This document shows positions 1 through 8,317 of a DNA stretch of 35,045 nucleotides, one piece after another (the first letter of the stretch is position 1; each line of letters starts with the position of its first letter). The stretch is from assembly GCA_041686025.1 (NCBI GenBank), contig JAWLEP010000026.1, positions 7,476 to 42,520 of the forward strand. The letters run 5' to 3'. The position numbers and the translations under genes are program-made. The notes beneath the pieces were generated by a model. That model had not been told where the DNA came from and made no database searches. It worked only from the letters and a program-made list of their open reading frames with translations. The stretch is from Candidatus Fermentibacteraceae bacterium. Lineage in GTDB: Bacteria; Fermentibacterota; Fermentibacteria; Fermentibacterales; JCC-6.

Positions 1-1
1 C

Positions 2-505
2 TCCGACTACCCCCTCTCCCTCTCCGCCAGCATCTGCTTCGAGCAGAGCTACGGAGGCGTAGACGGCGACAGCGCCAGCTCCACCGAGCTCTACGCCCTT
101 CTCAGCGTCCTGGCCGACGTCCCCATCCGGCAGGACCTGGCGGTCACCGGCTCGGTGAACCAGCGCGGAGAGGTGCAGGCCATCGGCGGGGTGAACCACA
201 AGATAGAGAGCTTCTTCCGTCTCTGCCGCGAGAGGGGCCTCACCGGCGACCAGGGGGTCCTGATCCCGGCCGCCAACCGGCACCATCTGCAGCTGAACCA
301 TGAGGTGATAGAGGCGGTGGAGAAGGGCGAGTTCCACATCTACCCCGTGGAGACCATCGACCAGGGCATAGAGCTGCTCACCGGCATGGAGGCCGGCACC
401 CGCCAGGCCGACGGCAGCTACCCCGAGGCCAGCATCAACGGCCGGGCCGACCGCAGGCTGCGGGGGCTGGCGGAGACCCTCAGGTCCTTCCGGTTCGGCG
501 ACTAG
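2..505 (+). CDS. Lon-family (S16) protease, C-terminal proteolytic domain; 5'-truncated by window edge
   Basis: Frame 2 is open from the window start and reads [28 protein letters not shown]...[23 protein letters not shown], with the Ser (DGDSAS) and Lys (NHKIE) dyad of LonB/LonC-type proteases. Confidence 0.9.
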   Translation, partial: SDYPLSLSASICFEQSYGGVDGDSASSTELYALLSVLADVPIRQDLAVTGSVNQRGEVQAIGGVNHKIESFFRLCRERGLTGDQGVLIPAANRHHLQLNHEVIEAVEKGEFHIYPVETIDQGIELLTGMEAGTRQADGSYPEASINGRADRRLRGLAETLRSFRFGD

Positions 506-510
506 GGGCC

Positions 511-1707
511 ATGTCCGCCCCGGACCGCCGCCGGCACAGGGTGTTCACCGCCAGCTGGGGCCAGCTGGAGGCCGGGGGCTCCAACCTGGGAGACACGGCC
601 ATACTGGCCGCCCAGCTCCGCGACCTCTCGTCCGCCGGGGCGGAGGTGGGAGTGGCCTCCGCCGACCCCGGCAGAACGGCCGAGCTCTTCGGCGGCATCC
701 GTCCCTTCTCCCTCGCCGGGGGAAGGGCGGCGGCCTTCGCCCGGGGCGCGCTGTGGGCCGACACCGTGGTAGTGGGGGGCGGCGAGCTGGCCCAGGACGT
801 ATCCTCACTGCTCTACACCCCCTTCAACCTGCTCCCGCTGATGCTGGCCCGGACCTTCGGAAAGCGGGCCTTTGCCTGGGGCATAGGCATAGGGCAGGGC
901 GAAGAGCTGCGGCCCTGGACCAGGACGTTTCTGCGGCGCTGGCTGGGCACCTGCCGCGGGGTCACCGCCCGCGACGCCCCCACCCGGGAGCTGCTGCTGG
1001 AGCTGGGTCTGCACCCCCGCAGGGTGGTGCTGGCGGCGGACTCCGCCTTCTCCCTGGCGGATGATGGCTCTCCTCGGGCCGATGCGGCGGACAGGAACTT
1101 CCTGGCGGCCGCTCCCCGCAACGTCCTCAACCGACGGGGAAGGCTGCTGCCCCTGGAGCTGCGCCGGAAGCTGGGCATCCACAGCGAGGCCGACCCCACA
1201 TCCGTGAGGAAGGCCTGGGCCCGGCTGCTGGACCGCCACCTGGTCCGCCGCAGCGGAAGGGTACTGATGCTGCCCTTCCACACCGGCAGCCTCTCCAACG
1301 CCGACGACGACGAGTGCCGGGCGGTGGCGGAGGCCATGGACCATGGCGACAGGGTGGAGATGGTGGACACCACCCGGCTGGGGTCCGTCATGGAGGCCCT
1401 GTCCCGCTGCCGGGCCATGGTTACGGTGCCCCTGCACGGCTCCATACTGGCCGTGATCGCCGGAGCGGTGCCCCTGGCCGCCCCCTACGCCACCAAGGGC
1501 ACCCGCTTCATGCGCCAGGCCGGCCTGGAGGACCTGGTCCTCCCCCAGCCGGGCAGCCCCGGATGGGCCCGCCGCGCCGACGCCCTGCTGGAGTCGGTGT
1601 GGGAGGAGGGTTCGGGCGTCCGCGGCCGGATGCTCCGCCGGCGGGAGGAGCTGGTCCGCCGCGGCCGGCTCAACCTCCGGCACTTCCTGCGCACCTGCGG
1701 GGGCTGA
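511..1707 (+). CDS. Polysaccharide pyruvyl transferase family protein (CsaB/WcaK-like)
   Basis: Motifs SNLGDTAIL, VVVGGGELAQD, WGIGIG, VTARDAPT, LAADSAF, PLHGSILA, YATK. Confidence 0.8.
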   Translation: MSAPDRRRHRVFTASWGQLEAGGSNLGDTAILAAQLRDLSSAGAEVGVASADPGRTAELFGGIRPFSLAGGRAAAFARGALWADTVVVGGGELAQDVSSLLYTPFNLLPLMLARTFGKRAFAWGIGIGQGEELRPWTRTFLRRWLGTCRGVTARDAPTRELLLELGLHPRRVVLAADSAFSLADDGSPRADAADRNFLAAAPRNVLNRRGRLLPLELRRKLGIHSEADPTSVRKAWARLLDRHLVRRSGRVLMLPFHTGSLSNADDDECRAVAEAMDHGDRVEMVDTTRLGSVMEALSRCRAMVTVPLHGSILAVIAGAVPLAAPYATKGTRFMRQAGLEDLVLPQPGSPGWARRADALLESVWEEGSGVRGRMLRRREELVRRGRLNLRHFLRTCGG

Positions 1708-1708
1708 C

Positions 1709-2551
1709 TTGCTGCTGGGCATACACCTATCCGCCGCCGGGGGCATGGCGGCCACTGCCCGGCGGGCCGCAGAGCTCGACCTGCAGGCGGTGCAGATCTT
1801 CACCGCCAACCAGAGGCGGTGGAGGTCGCCCCCCATACCCCCGGAGGAGGCGGAGGCCTTCCGCCGGGAGATGAAGGTGCCGGTCCTGTCCCACGCCTCC
1901 TACCTGATCAACCCCGCCGGAAGCCGCGAAGGCGTTACCGCCCGCTCCCGGCTGGCCCTGGCCGGCGAGCTGGAGCGGATGGCGCAGCTGGGAGTAGACT
2001 GGGCCGTGCTCCATCCCGGCTCGCACCTGGGCGATGGCCCGGGCCGGGGCATCGACAGGGCGGCATCCATGATCGGAGCCGCCCTGGAGGCCAGCCCCCG
2101 CGGGGGGATACTCCTGGAGAATACCGCCGGCATGGGCTCCTCCCTGGGGGCCGACCTCGCCGAGCTGGCGGCGATAGCCCGACTGGTGGCCGCCCCGCAG
2201 CGGGTGGGTTTCTGCATCGACACCGCCCACCTGCACGGCGCCGGCTACGACCTGCGGCCGGAGGCCCCCCCGGAGGCAACGGTGGCCCGCATCGCCGAGG
2301 AGCTGGCCGGCGGCCGGGTCCGCGCCTTTCACCTCAACGACTCCCTGGCGGGCCGCGGAAGCAGGCGCGACCGCCACCAGAGCGTTGGGAAGGGAGGCAT
2401 AGGCCTGCAGGCCCTGGGAATGCTGGCGGCCATGGAGGAGTTCGAGGACGTGCCGGCGGTGGTGGAGACCCCGGGCACGGACGCCGACCGCGCCGAAGAC
2501 GTCCGGCTGATAGAGGGCAGGGTCAGGTCCATACGCGACGCACGCGCATAG
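1709..2551 (+). CDS. nfo: Endonuclease IV (AP endonuclease 2)
   Basis: GIHLS, QIFTANQRRW, HASYLIN, VLHPGS, LLENTAG, CIDTAHL, FHLNDS, RDRHQ, VETP zinc-ligand motifs; TTG start immediately after upstream stop. Confidence 0.92.
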   Translation: MLLGIHLSAAGGMAATARRAAELDLQAVQIFTANQRRWRSPPIPPEEAEAFRREMKVPVLSHASYLINPAGSREGVTARSRLALAGELERMAQLGVDWAVLHPGSHLGDGPGRGIDRAASMIGAALEASPRGGILLENTAGMGSSLGADLAELAAIARLVAAPQRVGFCIDTAHLHGAGYDLRPEAPPEATVARIAEELAGGRVRAFHLNDSLAGRGSRRDRHQSVGKGGIGLQALGMLAAMEEFEDVPAVVETPGTDADRAEDVRLIEGRVRSIRDARA

Positions 2552-2603
2552 ACCTGCCCGGCCCCGAAGCTTGTCCCCCGGGCCGGGATCGGCTATTTTC
2601 TCC

Positions 2604-2635
2604 AAGGGTCCCGGCGGCTGACAGGGACCCCTTTT
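2604..2635 (+). terminator. Probable intrinsic terminator after nfo
   Basis: GGGTCCC (2606-2612) / GGGACCC (2624-2630) stem followed by CTTTT. Confidence 0.45.
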
Positions 2636-2726
2636 CTACTCTCAAACCACCAGTCGAGGACAGGGCCGGGGCGGCCCTGGCACAACAATCGAAAAACCGG
2701 GCTCGGCCCGGTCAGGAGGTGTCAAA

Positions 2727-4010
2727 GTGGCTGAGGGCTTCAATCCGTACAAGATGGCCCAGGAGCAGTTCGACGCTGTAGCCGAGAAGCTGGGTCTCGA
2801 CCAGGGGGCCAGGGAGCTCCTGCGCAGGCCCATGAGGGAGTTCCACTTCACCATCCCGGTGAAGATGGACGACGGCAGCGTAAGGGTGTTCCAGGGATTC
2901 CGGGTCCAGCACAGCGACGTCCGCGGCCCCGCCAAGGGCGGCATCCGCTTCCACCCCCAGGAGACCGCCGACACCGTTCGCGCGCTGGCCACCTGGATGA
3001 CCTGGAAGACGGCGGTGGTGGACATCCCCCTCGGCGGCGGCAAGGGCGGCGTCATCTGCGACCCCCACGAGCTGTCCGCCCGGGAGCAGGAGCAGATCTG
3101 CCGCGGCTGGATTCGCCAGATCTGGAGGAACATCGGTCCGGTGCAGGACGTGCCCGCCCCCGACGTGATGACCAGCGCCCAGCACATGCTGTGGATGATG
3201 GACGAGTACGAGACCCTCTCCGGGGGCAAGTACCCGGGCGTCATCACCGGCAAGCCGGTGGGCATCGGCGGCTCGCTGGGCCGCACCGAGGCCACCGGCT
3301 ACGGCGCAATCTACACCGTCCGCGAGGCCCTGAAGCGCATGGGGCGCGACATCACCCAGACCACCATGGCCTGCCAGGGCTTCGGCAACGTAAGCCAGTA
3401 CGCGGCCGATCTCTACACCCAGTACGGGGGCATGGTGGTGTGCGTCTCCTGCTGGGACCAGAAGGACATGAAGGCCTACACCTACCGGAAGATGGACGGC
3501 ATCGACCTGGAGTTCCTGCTCTCCATCACCGACCGCTTCGGCACGGTGGACGCCGACAAGGCGGTGGAGGCCGGCTACGAGAAGCTCCCCGGCGAGGCCT
3601 GGATAGAGACCGAGGCCGACATACTCCTTCCCGGCGCCCTGGAGAACCAGGTGAACGGCGAGACGGCGAAGAAGATCAGCGACAAGGTCATCATCCTGGC
3701 GGAGGGAGCCAATGGGCCCACCACCCCCGAGGCCGACGAGATCCTCAGGGAGAAGGGCATCTTCAACATCCCCGACTTCCTCTGCAACGCCGGGGGGGTC
3801 ACCTGCTCCTACTTCGAGCAGGTACAGAACAACATGAACTACTACTGGGAGAAGGACGAGGTCCTCTCCAAGCTGGACACCAAGATGACCAACGCCTTCC
3901 ACGCTGTGGCCGACCTGGCCGAGGCCCGCGACGTCTACATGCGCGACGCCGCCTACATGATCGCCATCCAGCGGGTGGCGGAGGCGGCCCGCTACCGCGG
4001 CCTGGTCTAG
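2727..4010 (+). CDS. gdh: Glu/Leu/Phe/Val dehydrogenase, family-II (Clostridium/Thermotoga-like) glutamate dehydrogenase
   Basis: GPAKGGIRFHP, MTWKTA, PLGGGKGG, DVPAPD, ITGKP, GRTEATGYG, QGFGNV, EGANGPTT, PDFLCNAGGV; RBS AGGAGGT at 2714-2720 before GTG. Confidence 0.95.
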   Translation: MAEGFNPYKMAQEQFDAVAEKLGLDQGARELLRRPMREFHFTIPVKMDDGSVRVFQGFRVQHSDVRGPAKGGIRFHPQETADTVRALATWMTWKTAVVDIPLGGGKGGVICDPHELSAREQEQICRGWIRQIWRNIGPVQDVPAPDVMTSAQHMLWMMDEYETLSGGKYPGVITGKPVGIGGSLGRTEATGYGAIYTVREALKRMGRDITQTTMACQGFGNVSQYAADLYTQYGGMVVCVSCWDQKDMKAYTYRKMDGIDLEFLLSITDRFGTVDADKAVEAGYEKLPGEAWIETEADILLPGALENQVNGETAKKISDKVIILAEGANGPTTPEADEILREKGIFNIPDFLCNAGGVTCSYFEQVQNNMNYYWEKDEVLSKLDTKMTNAFHAVADLAEARDVYMRDAAYMIAIQRVAEAARYRGLV

Positions 4011-4032
4011 ACTCACAGCGCACAGAAGCGAA

Positions 4033-4065
4033 CAGGGGGCGGCGGGGAGACCCGCCGCCCTCCTG
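4033..4065. terminator. GC-rich hairpin between convergent gdh and amidohydrolase genes
   Basis: GGGCGGCGGG-GAGA-CCCGCCGCCC, perfect 10-bp stem (4037-4060), extendable by CAGG/CCTG with one bulge; no strong U tract. Confidence 0.65.
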
Positions 4066-4082
4066 CTTCAGACGTAGACCGG

Positions 4083-5408
4083 CTACTGCACCACCCTGCC
4101 TCCAGATATCACCGCCGCGATGGCCCGGGTGTTGGAAATGTCCCGAAGGGGGTCGGCGTCCAGCAGAACCAGGTCGGCCACCTTGCCCTCCTCCACCGTT
4201 CCCAGGGAGTCGGAGAGGCCGAAGAATATGGCGGGGGCCAGCGTTGCGCATTCGATTGCCTCCAGGGGGGATAGGCCACCCTCCTCCACCATCAGGGCCA
4301 GCTCCTCGTGCAGGCTCCTGCCCGGTTCGAGCAGCGGAAGGGAGAGGTCGCTTCCGGCCATCAGTCCTACCCCACATTCCCTCATCAGCCGCAGGTCCGC
4401 CGTACCCCTTTCCATGAGCCCCTGCCAGTCCATCGGTGATTCCAGGGCCTTGATGGCGATCTGCATCTCCCAGAAATCCAGAAGTCCCTCGGAGATGTAG
4501 GGTCTCTTCCGGCGTGGCGCCATCCTGAGCTGTTCGATGGCCCGCGATGCGACGCTGTCGGGGGTCAGCCGGTAGGCCTTCCAGGCCACCAGCGTGGGCA
4601 CAACCCATGTGTCGTTCCTTGCGAAATCATCGAAGAGCTCACGGCGCTCGGGCTCCTCCAGGTCGGCGACGGACAGGAACGGAAGATGCTCGATGCTTCG
4701 TTGACCCAGCTCCGAGGCGTCGGCAAGCGATACGACGAGGGGCTCGTGCCCTGCGACCGTCAGGCCCGCCTCCGCTGCTTCCCGGAGAATGGCCTCGTAT
4801 ACGGGTCTCGAGGGAACCGTTCTCAGCTTTACGAAATCGACCGCTTCGTCCCTGAGGTCCCGTACGGTGGAAGCTGCTTCATCCTCATCGGAGACCCCCA
4901 CACGTGTGGGCAGCAGGACCGGGCCCAGGGAGATGTCGAGCGCCCCGTCCACCTGTCCGATGATATCGATGAACCTGCCCGATTCGATGGCGGGCCCGCT
5001 GGTGAGGATGCGGGGGCCGTCCAGCTTGCCCTCCCGGACGGCGGCCCTCCAGCAGCGAACATCGGGCAGGGCGCTTCCCATGTCCCTCACGGTGGTCACT
5101 CCATGCCTCAAGAGACCTTCCAGGGCCTCGGCCCCTCCAAAGGAGAGATGGACATGAGAGTCCCAGAGGCCGGGGATCAGGTACCTGCCGCTCCCGTCGA
5201 TCACGGTAGCCCCTTCGGGTACCCTCGCTCCTCCGGCAGCCACCACATCGGCTATGAGCCCGTCCGTGACGGTGACGGTCATCCCCGGTCTCGGCTCGGA
5301 GTATGCTGCGTCTATGATGGTCACATCGGTGATGCACAGGATCTGCTGCGCCTGTGAGGGCGCAGCCGCGAAAACCAGACACAGAGCCGCTGCCAGAATC
5401 TTCTCCAT
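4083..5408 (-). CDS. Secreted metal-dependent amidohydrolase family protein
   Basis: Signal peptide MEKILAAALCLVFAAAPSQA; LIPGLWDSHVH, GVTTVRDMG, AGHEP, SIEHL, AGSD, GTVEEGKVADLVLLDADPL motifs. Confidence 0.88.
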   Translation of the reverse strand: MEKILAAALCLVFAAAPSQAQQILCITDVTIIDAAYSEPRPGMTVTVTDGLIADVVAAGGARVPEGATVIDGSGRYLIPGLWDSHVHLSFGGAEALEGLLRHGVTTVRDMGSALPDVRCWRAAVREGKLDGPRILTSGPAIESGRFIDIIGQVDGALDISLGPVLLPTRVGVSDEDEAASTVRDLRDEAVDFVKLRTVPSRPVYEAILREAAEAGLTVAGHEPLVVSLADASELGQRSIEHLPFLSVADLEEPERRELFDDFARNDTWVVPTLVAWKAYRLTPDSVASRAIEQLRMAPRRKRPYISEGLLDFWEMQIAIKALESPMDWQGLMERGTADLRLMRECGVGLMAGSDLSLPLLEPGRSLHEELALMVEEGGLSPLEAIECATLAPAIFFGLSDSLGTVEEGKVADLVLLDADPLRDISNTRAIAAVISGGRVVQ

Positions 5409-5599
5409 GTTACCGACCCCCTTCGAAATACCCCCATGCTATATATGCTGGAAGAGAGGGGGCCGGCAAATCTGTTCTTCCAGGATTGAGATGAGGAAGA
5501 TCAGCCCCCCATTGTATCCGGCGGTTGTCGCGGGGGCCGGTCTCCGCAAGATTATGCAGACAAGATGGCGGGCATCCATTCGGGAAACGGGAGGAACGC

Positions 5600-6937
5600 A
5601 TGAAGCAGAGCATCTCCAGGGAGGACCTGGCCCGGTTCGGGGCGGGGCTCTCCGACGACCCCACCTACGGGCTGTCGCTGAACGCGGTGACGGAGAACGG
5701 GGTGCGGGCGGTGGCCATGCGCCGGAGGAGCGTGGCGGCGGCGGACTCCACCTTCAGCCACCGGATCAAGACCCCGGAGGCGGCCAACCAGAAGAAGTCC
5801 GGCCGCTGCTGGCTCTTCGCGGCCATGAACACCCTCCGGCTGAGCATCATGGACCGGCTGAACCTCAAGGACTTCCAGCTCTCCGGGGCCTGGCTGATGT
5901 TCTGGGACAAGCTGGAGAAGGCCAACTGGTTCCTGGAGAACATAATAGAGACTCGCGAGGAGCCCCTGGACGGCCGGGTGGTAATGTGGCTGATGCAGGA
6001 CCCGGTGGGCGACGGCGGCCAGTGGGACATGTTCGTCAGCCTGGTGGAGAAGTACGGCCTGGTCCCGGAGGAGGCCATGCCCGAGAGCTACAGCAGCGGC
6101 AAGTCCCGGGCCATGAACGCCTTCCTGGTGGAGAAGCTGCGGGAGTACGCCCGCGACCTGCGCTCCATGGCGGAGGGCGGAGCCGGGGCGGACGACCTGC
6201 GGGCCGAGAAGGACCGGATGATGGCCACCGTCTACCGCATGCTGTGCGTGCACCTGGGCGAGCCTCCGCAGAGCTTCGTCTGGCAGTGGCGGGACAGGGA
6301 CGACGAGTTCCACCGCCACGGCGAGATCACCCCCAGGGAGTTCGCGGAGGAGTACGTGGAGTTCGACCTGGACAGCATGGTCTGCCTGATAAACGCCCCC
6401 ACCGACGACAAGCCCTACGGAAAGCTCTACACCGTGCAGTACCTGGGCAACGTCAAAGGCGGCCGGCAGGTGCGCTACCTGAACGTGCCCATGGACGTGC
6501 TGCGGGAGGCGGCCCTGGAGATGCTTCGCGACGAGAGGGCGGTGTGGTTCGGCTGCGATGTGGGGAAGATGGGCGACCGCACCAAGGGCCTGCTGGACAT
6601 GGCCATGTTCGACCTGGAGCCCGTCTACGGCGAGGCCATGACCATGACCAGGGCCGACCGGCTGGACTACGGCCACAGCCGCATGACCCACGCCATGGTC
6701 CTCACCGGAGTGGACATCGACGAAAGCGGCGAGCCGGTGCGCTGGGACATAGAGAACAGCTGGGGCAAGGAGTCGGGCCGCAAGGGCCACCTCACCATGA
6801 CCGACCGCTGGTTCGAGGAGTACCTCTACGAGGTGACGGTGGACGCCGACTACCTGCCCGACGAGTACCGGGCGGTGCTGGAAACCGAGCCGGTGGTGCT
6901 CCCGCCCTGGGACCCCATGGGCTCGCTGGCCCGCTAG
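5600..6937 (+). CDS. pepC: Aminopeptidase C / bleomycin hydrolase (peptidase C1B)
   Basis: NQKKSGRCWLFA (Cys), FWDKLEKAN, DGGQWDM, VWFGCDV, MTHAM (His), IENSWG (Asn), PPWDPMGSLA; start moved to ATG 5600 with GGAGG RBS. Confidence 0.95.
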   Translation: MKQSISREDLARFGAGLSDDPTYGLSLNAVTENGVRAVAMRRRSVAAADSTFSHRIKTPEAANQKKSGRCWLFAAMNTLRLSIMDRLNLKDFQLSGAWLMFWDKLEKANWFLENIIETREEPLDGRVVMWLMQDPVGDGGQWDMFVSLVEKYGLVPEEAMPESYSSGKSRAMNAFLVEKLREYARDLRSMAEGGAGADDLRAEKDRMMATVYRMLCVHLGEPPQSFVWQWRDRDDEFHRHGEITPREFAEEYVEFDLDSMVCLINAPTDDKPYGKLYTVQYLGNVKGGRQVRYLNVPMDVLREAALEMLRDERAVWFGCDVGKMGDRTKGLLDMAMFDLEPVYGEAMTMTRADRLDYGHSRMTHAMVLTGVDIDESGEPVRWDIENSWGKESGRKGHLTMTDRWFEEYLYEVTVDADYLPDEYRAVLETEPVVLPPWDPMGSLAR

Positions 6938-7023
6938 GGCGCGGTTACCCGAAGCCCGGCGGTGGATGGATCGACGGAACTGGCTGGGGACGGAGACGTT
7001 CTTGAAGCCTGAGAGGGGCTGGC

Positions 7024-7647
7024 ATGCAGAGTGGGCTTGATCCGGTATACCAGAGGAGCTTCTACCTGTTCCGCAGGAAGGTGTTCAAGCTCTTTGGCGG
7101 AGCCTTCCACGTGAAGGACGAGCAGGGCAACACGGTGATGTACTCCAGGCAGAAGGCCTTCAAGCTGCGCGAGGACATGACCGTCTGGGCGGACGAGAAC
7201 CAGTCCCGGGAGCTGCTGAAGATAAAGACTCCCCAGATACTGGACTTCGGAGCCACCTACTTCGTCACCGACAGCACCAGCGGCGAGGAGGTGGGAGGCC
7301 TGGCCAGGAAGTGGGGCAAGTCGATGATCCGCGACACCTGGCACCTGCTGGCCCCCGACCAGCAGCAGGTGGGCATCCTGCAGGAGAAGAGCCTGGCCGG
7401 CGCGCTGCTGTCGCGCTTCATCAAGGTGGTGCCCCAGAAGTACGTGATCCAGACCATGGAGGGCGCCGGGGTTGTATCCATCAAGCAGCACTTCAACCCC
7501 TTCGTGCTGAAGTACACCATGACCATAGACGACCCCATGCCCCCCATAGACAGAAGGCTGCTGATAGCCATGGGCATACTGCTGTGCGCCATAGAGGGCA
7601 GGCAGGGCAGGGGAGGCTCCTACGGAGGTTATGGCGGAAACGTATAG
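7024..7647 (+). CDS. LURP-one/scramblase (Tubby-C-like) family protein
   Basis: FRRKVFKLFGGAFHVKDEQG, QKAFKLREDM, DTWHLL, IDRRLLIAMGILL pattern; codon usage like neighbours. Confidence 0.6.
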   Translation: MQSGLDPVYQRSFYLFRRKVFKLFGGAFHVKDEQGNTVMYSRQKAFKLREDMTVWADENQSRELLKIKTPQILDFGATYFVTDSTSGEEVGGLARKWGKSMIRDTWHLLAPDQQQVGILQEKSLAGALLSRFIKVVPQKYVIQTMEGAGVVSIKQHFNPFVLKYTMTIDDPMPPIDRRLLIAMGILLCAIEGRQGRGGSYGGYGGNV

Positions 7648-8317
7648 CGGCGGACCGAAGCAGGCGGCCGGCGGAGCCGGGGAGGTGCAGAAGGCCTACC
7701 CCCGGCTGCGCTACGCGGGGTTGTGGGTCTTCGGGGTCACCCTGGGCCTCTTCGAGGCCGCCATCGTGGTCTACCTGCGCCGCATCGTCTGCCCGGAGGG
7801 CTTCTCCTTTCCCCTGTCGGACATGGGGTCGCAGCTGCTGGCGGTGGAGCTGGGCCGGGAGGCGGCCAGCCTGCTGATGCTGGGGGGAGTGGCCCTGGCC
7901 GCCGCCCGGAGGAGGCGGGAGGTCCTGCCCATCTTCTTCCTCACCTTCGGCATCTGGGACATCCTCTACTACGTTTTCCTCCAGATCGTGCTGGGATGGC
8001 CGGGCGGTCTCGGCACCTGGGACCTGCTCTTCCTGATCCCCGCCCCCTGGAGCTCGCCGGTGTGGGCGCCGGTGCTCATCGCCCTGCTGTTCGTGGCGGT
8101 GCCCTCCTGGCTGCTGCTGAGGAGGCGGGGCAGCGCATACCGGCCGCCTGACAGGTGGGCCATGCTGGCCGGGGGCCTCCTGTGCCTGGCCTCCTTCCTC
8201 TACAACGCCGGCGGCCTGATGGAGGGTGGCGTGCCCGGCAGCTTCCCCCTGTGGCTCTACATTCCCGGCCTGGGCCTGATGGTCTGGGGTGCTGTGAAGG
8301 GGGCTCTGCGGCGATGA
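7631..8317 (+). CDS. Hypothetical integral membrane protein
   Basis: About six hydrophobic segments; motifs FEAAIVVYLR, ELGREAA, FGIWDILYY, WDLLFLIPAPW; overlaps neighbours in an operon. Confidence 0.7.
   Translation: MAETYSGGPKQAAGGAGEVQKAYPRLRYAGLWVFGVTLGLFEAAIVVYLRRIVCPEGFSFPLSDMGSQLLAVELGREAASLLMLGGVALAAARRRREVLPIFFLTFGIWDILYYVFLQIVLGWPGGLGTWDLLFLIPAPWSSPVWAPVLIALLFVAVPSWLLLRRRGSAYRPPDRWAMLAGGLLCLASFLYNAGGLMEGGVPGSFPLWLYIPGLGLMVWGAVKGALRR

Noticed and set aside
2678..2695. Sigma54 promoter at TGGCAC sites (also 30742 and minus 30594)
   Set aside because: No TTGC at the -12 position in any copy
2712..4016. 434-aa antisense ORF covering gdh (likewise 29183-30628 opposite gdhA)
   Set aside because: Mirror-frame shadow ORFs expected from strong GC3 bias; no recognisable motifs
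5440..5469. Minus-strand promoter TTGCCG..TATATA for the amidohydrolase
   Set aside because: The -10 match is ambiguous at all spacings; not supportable
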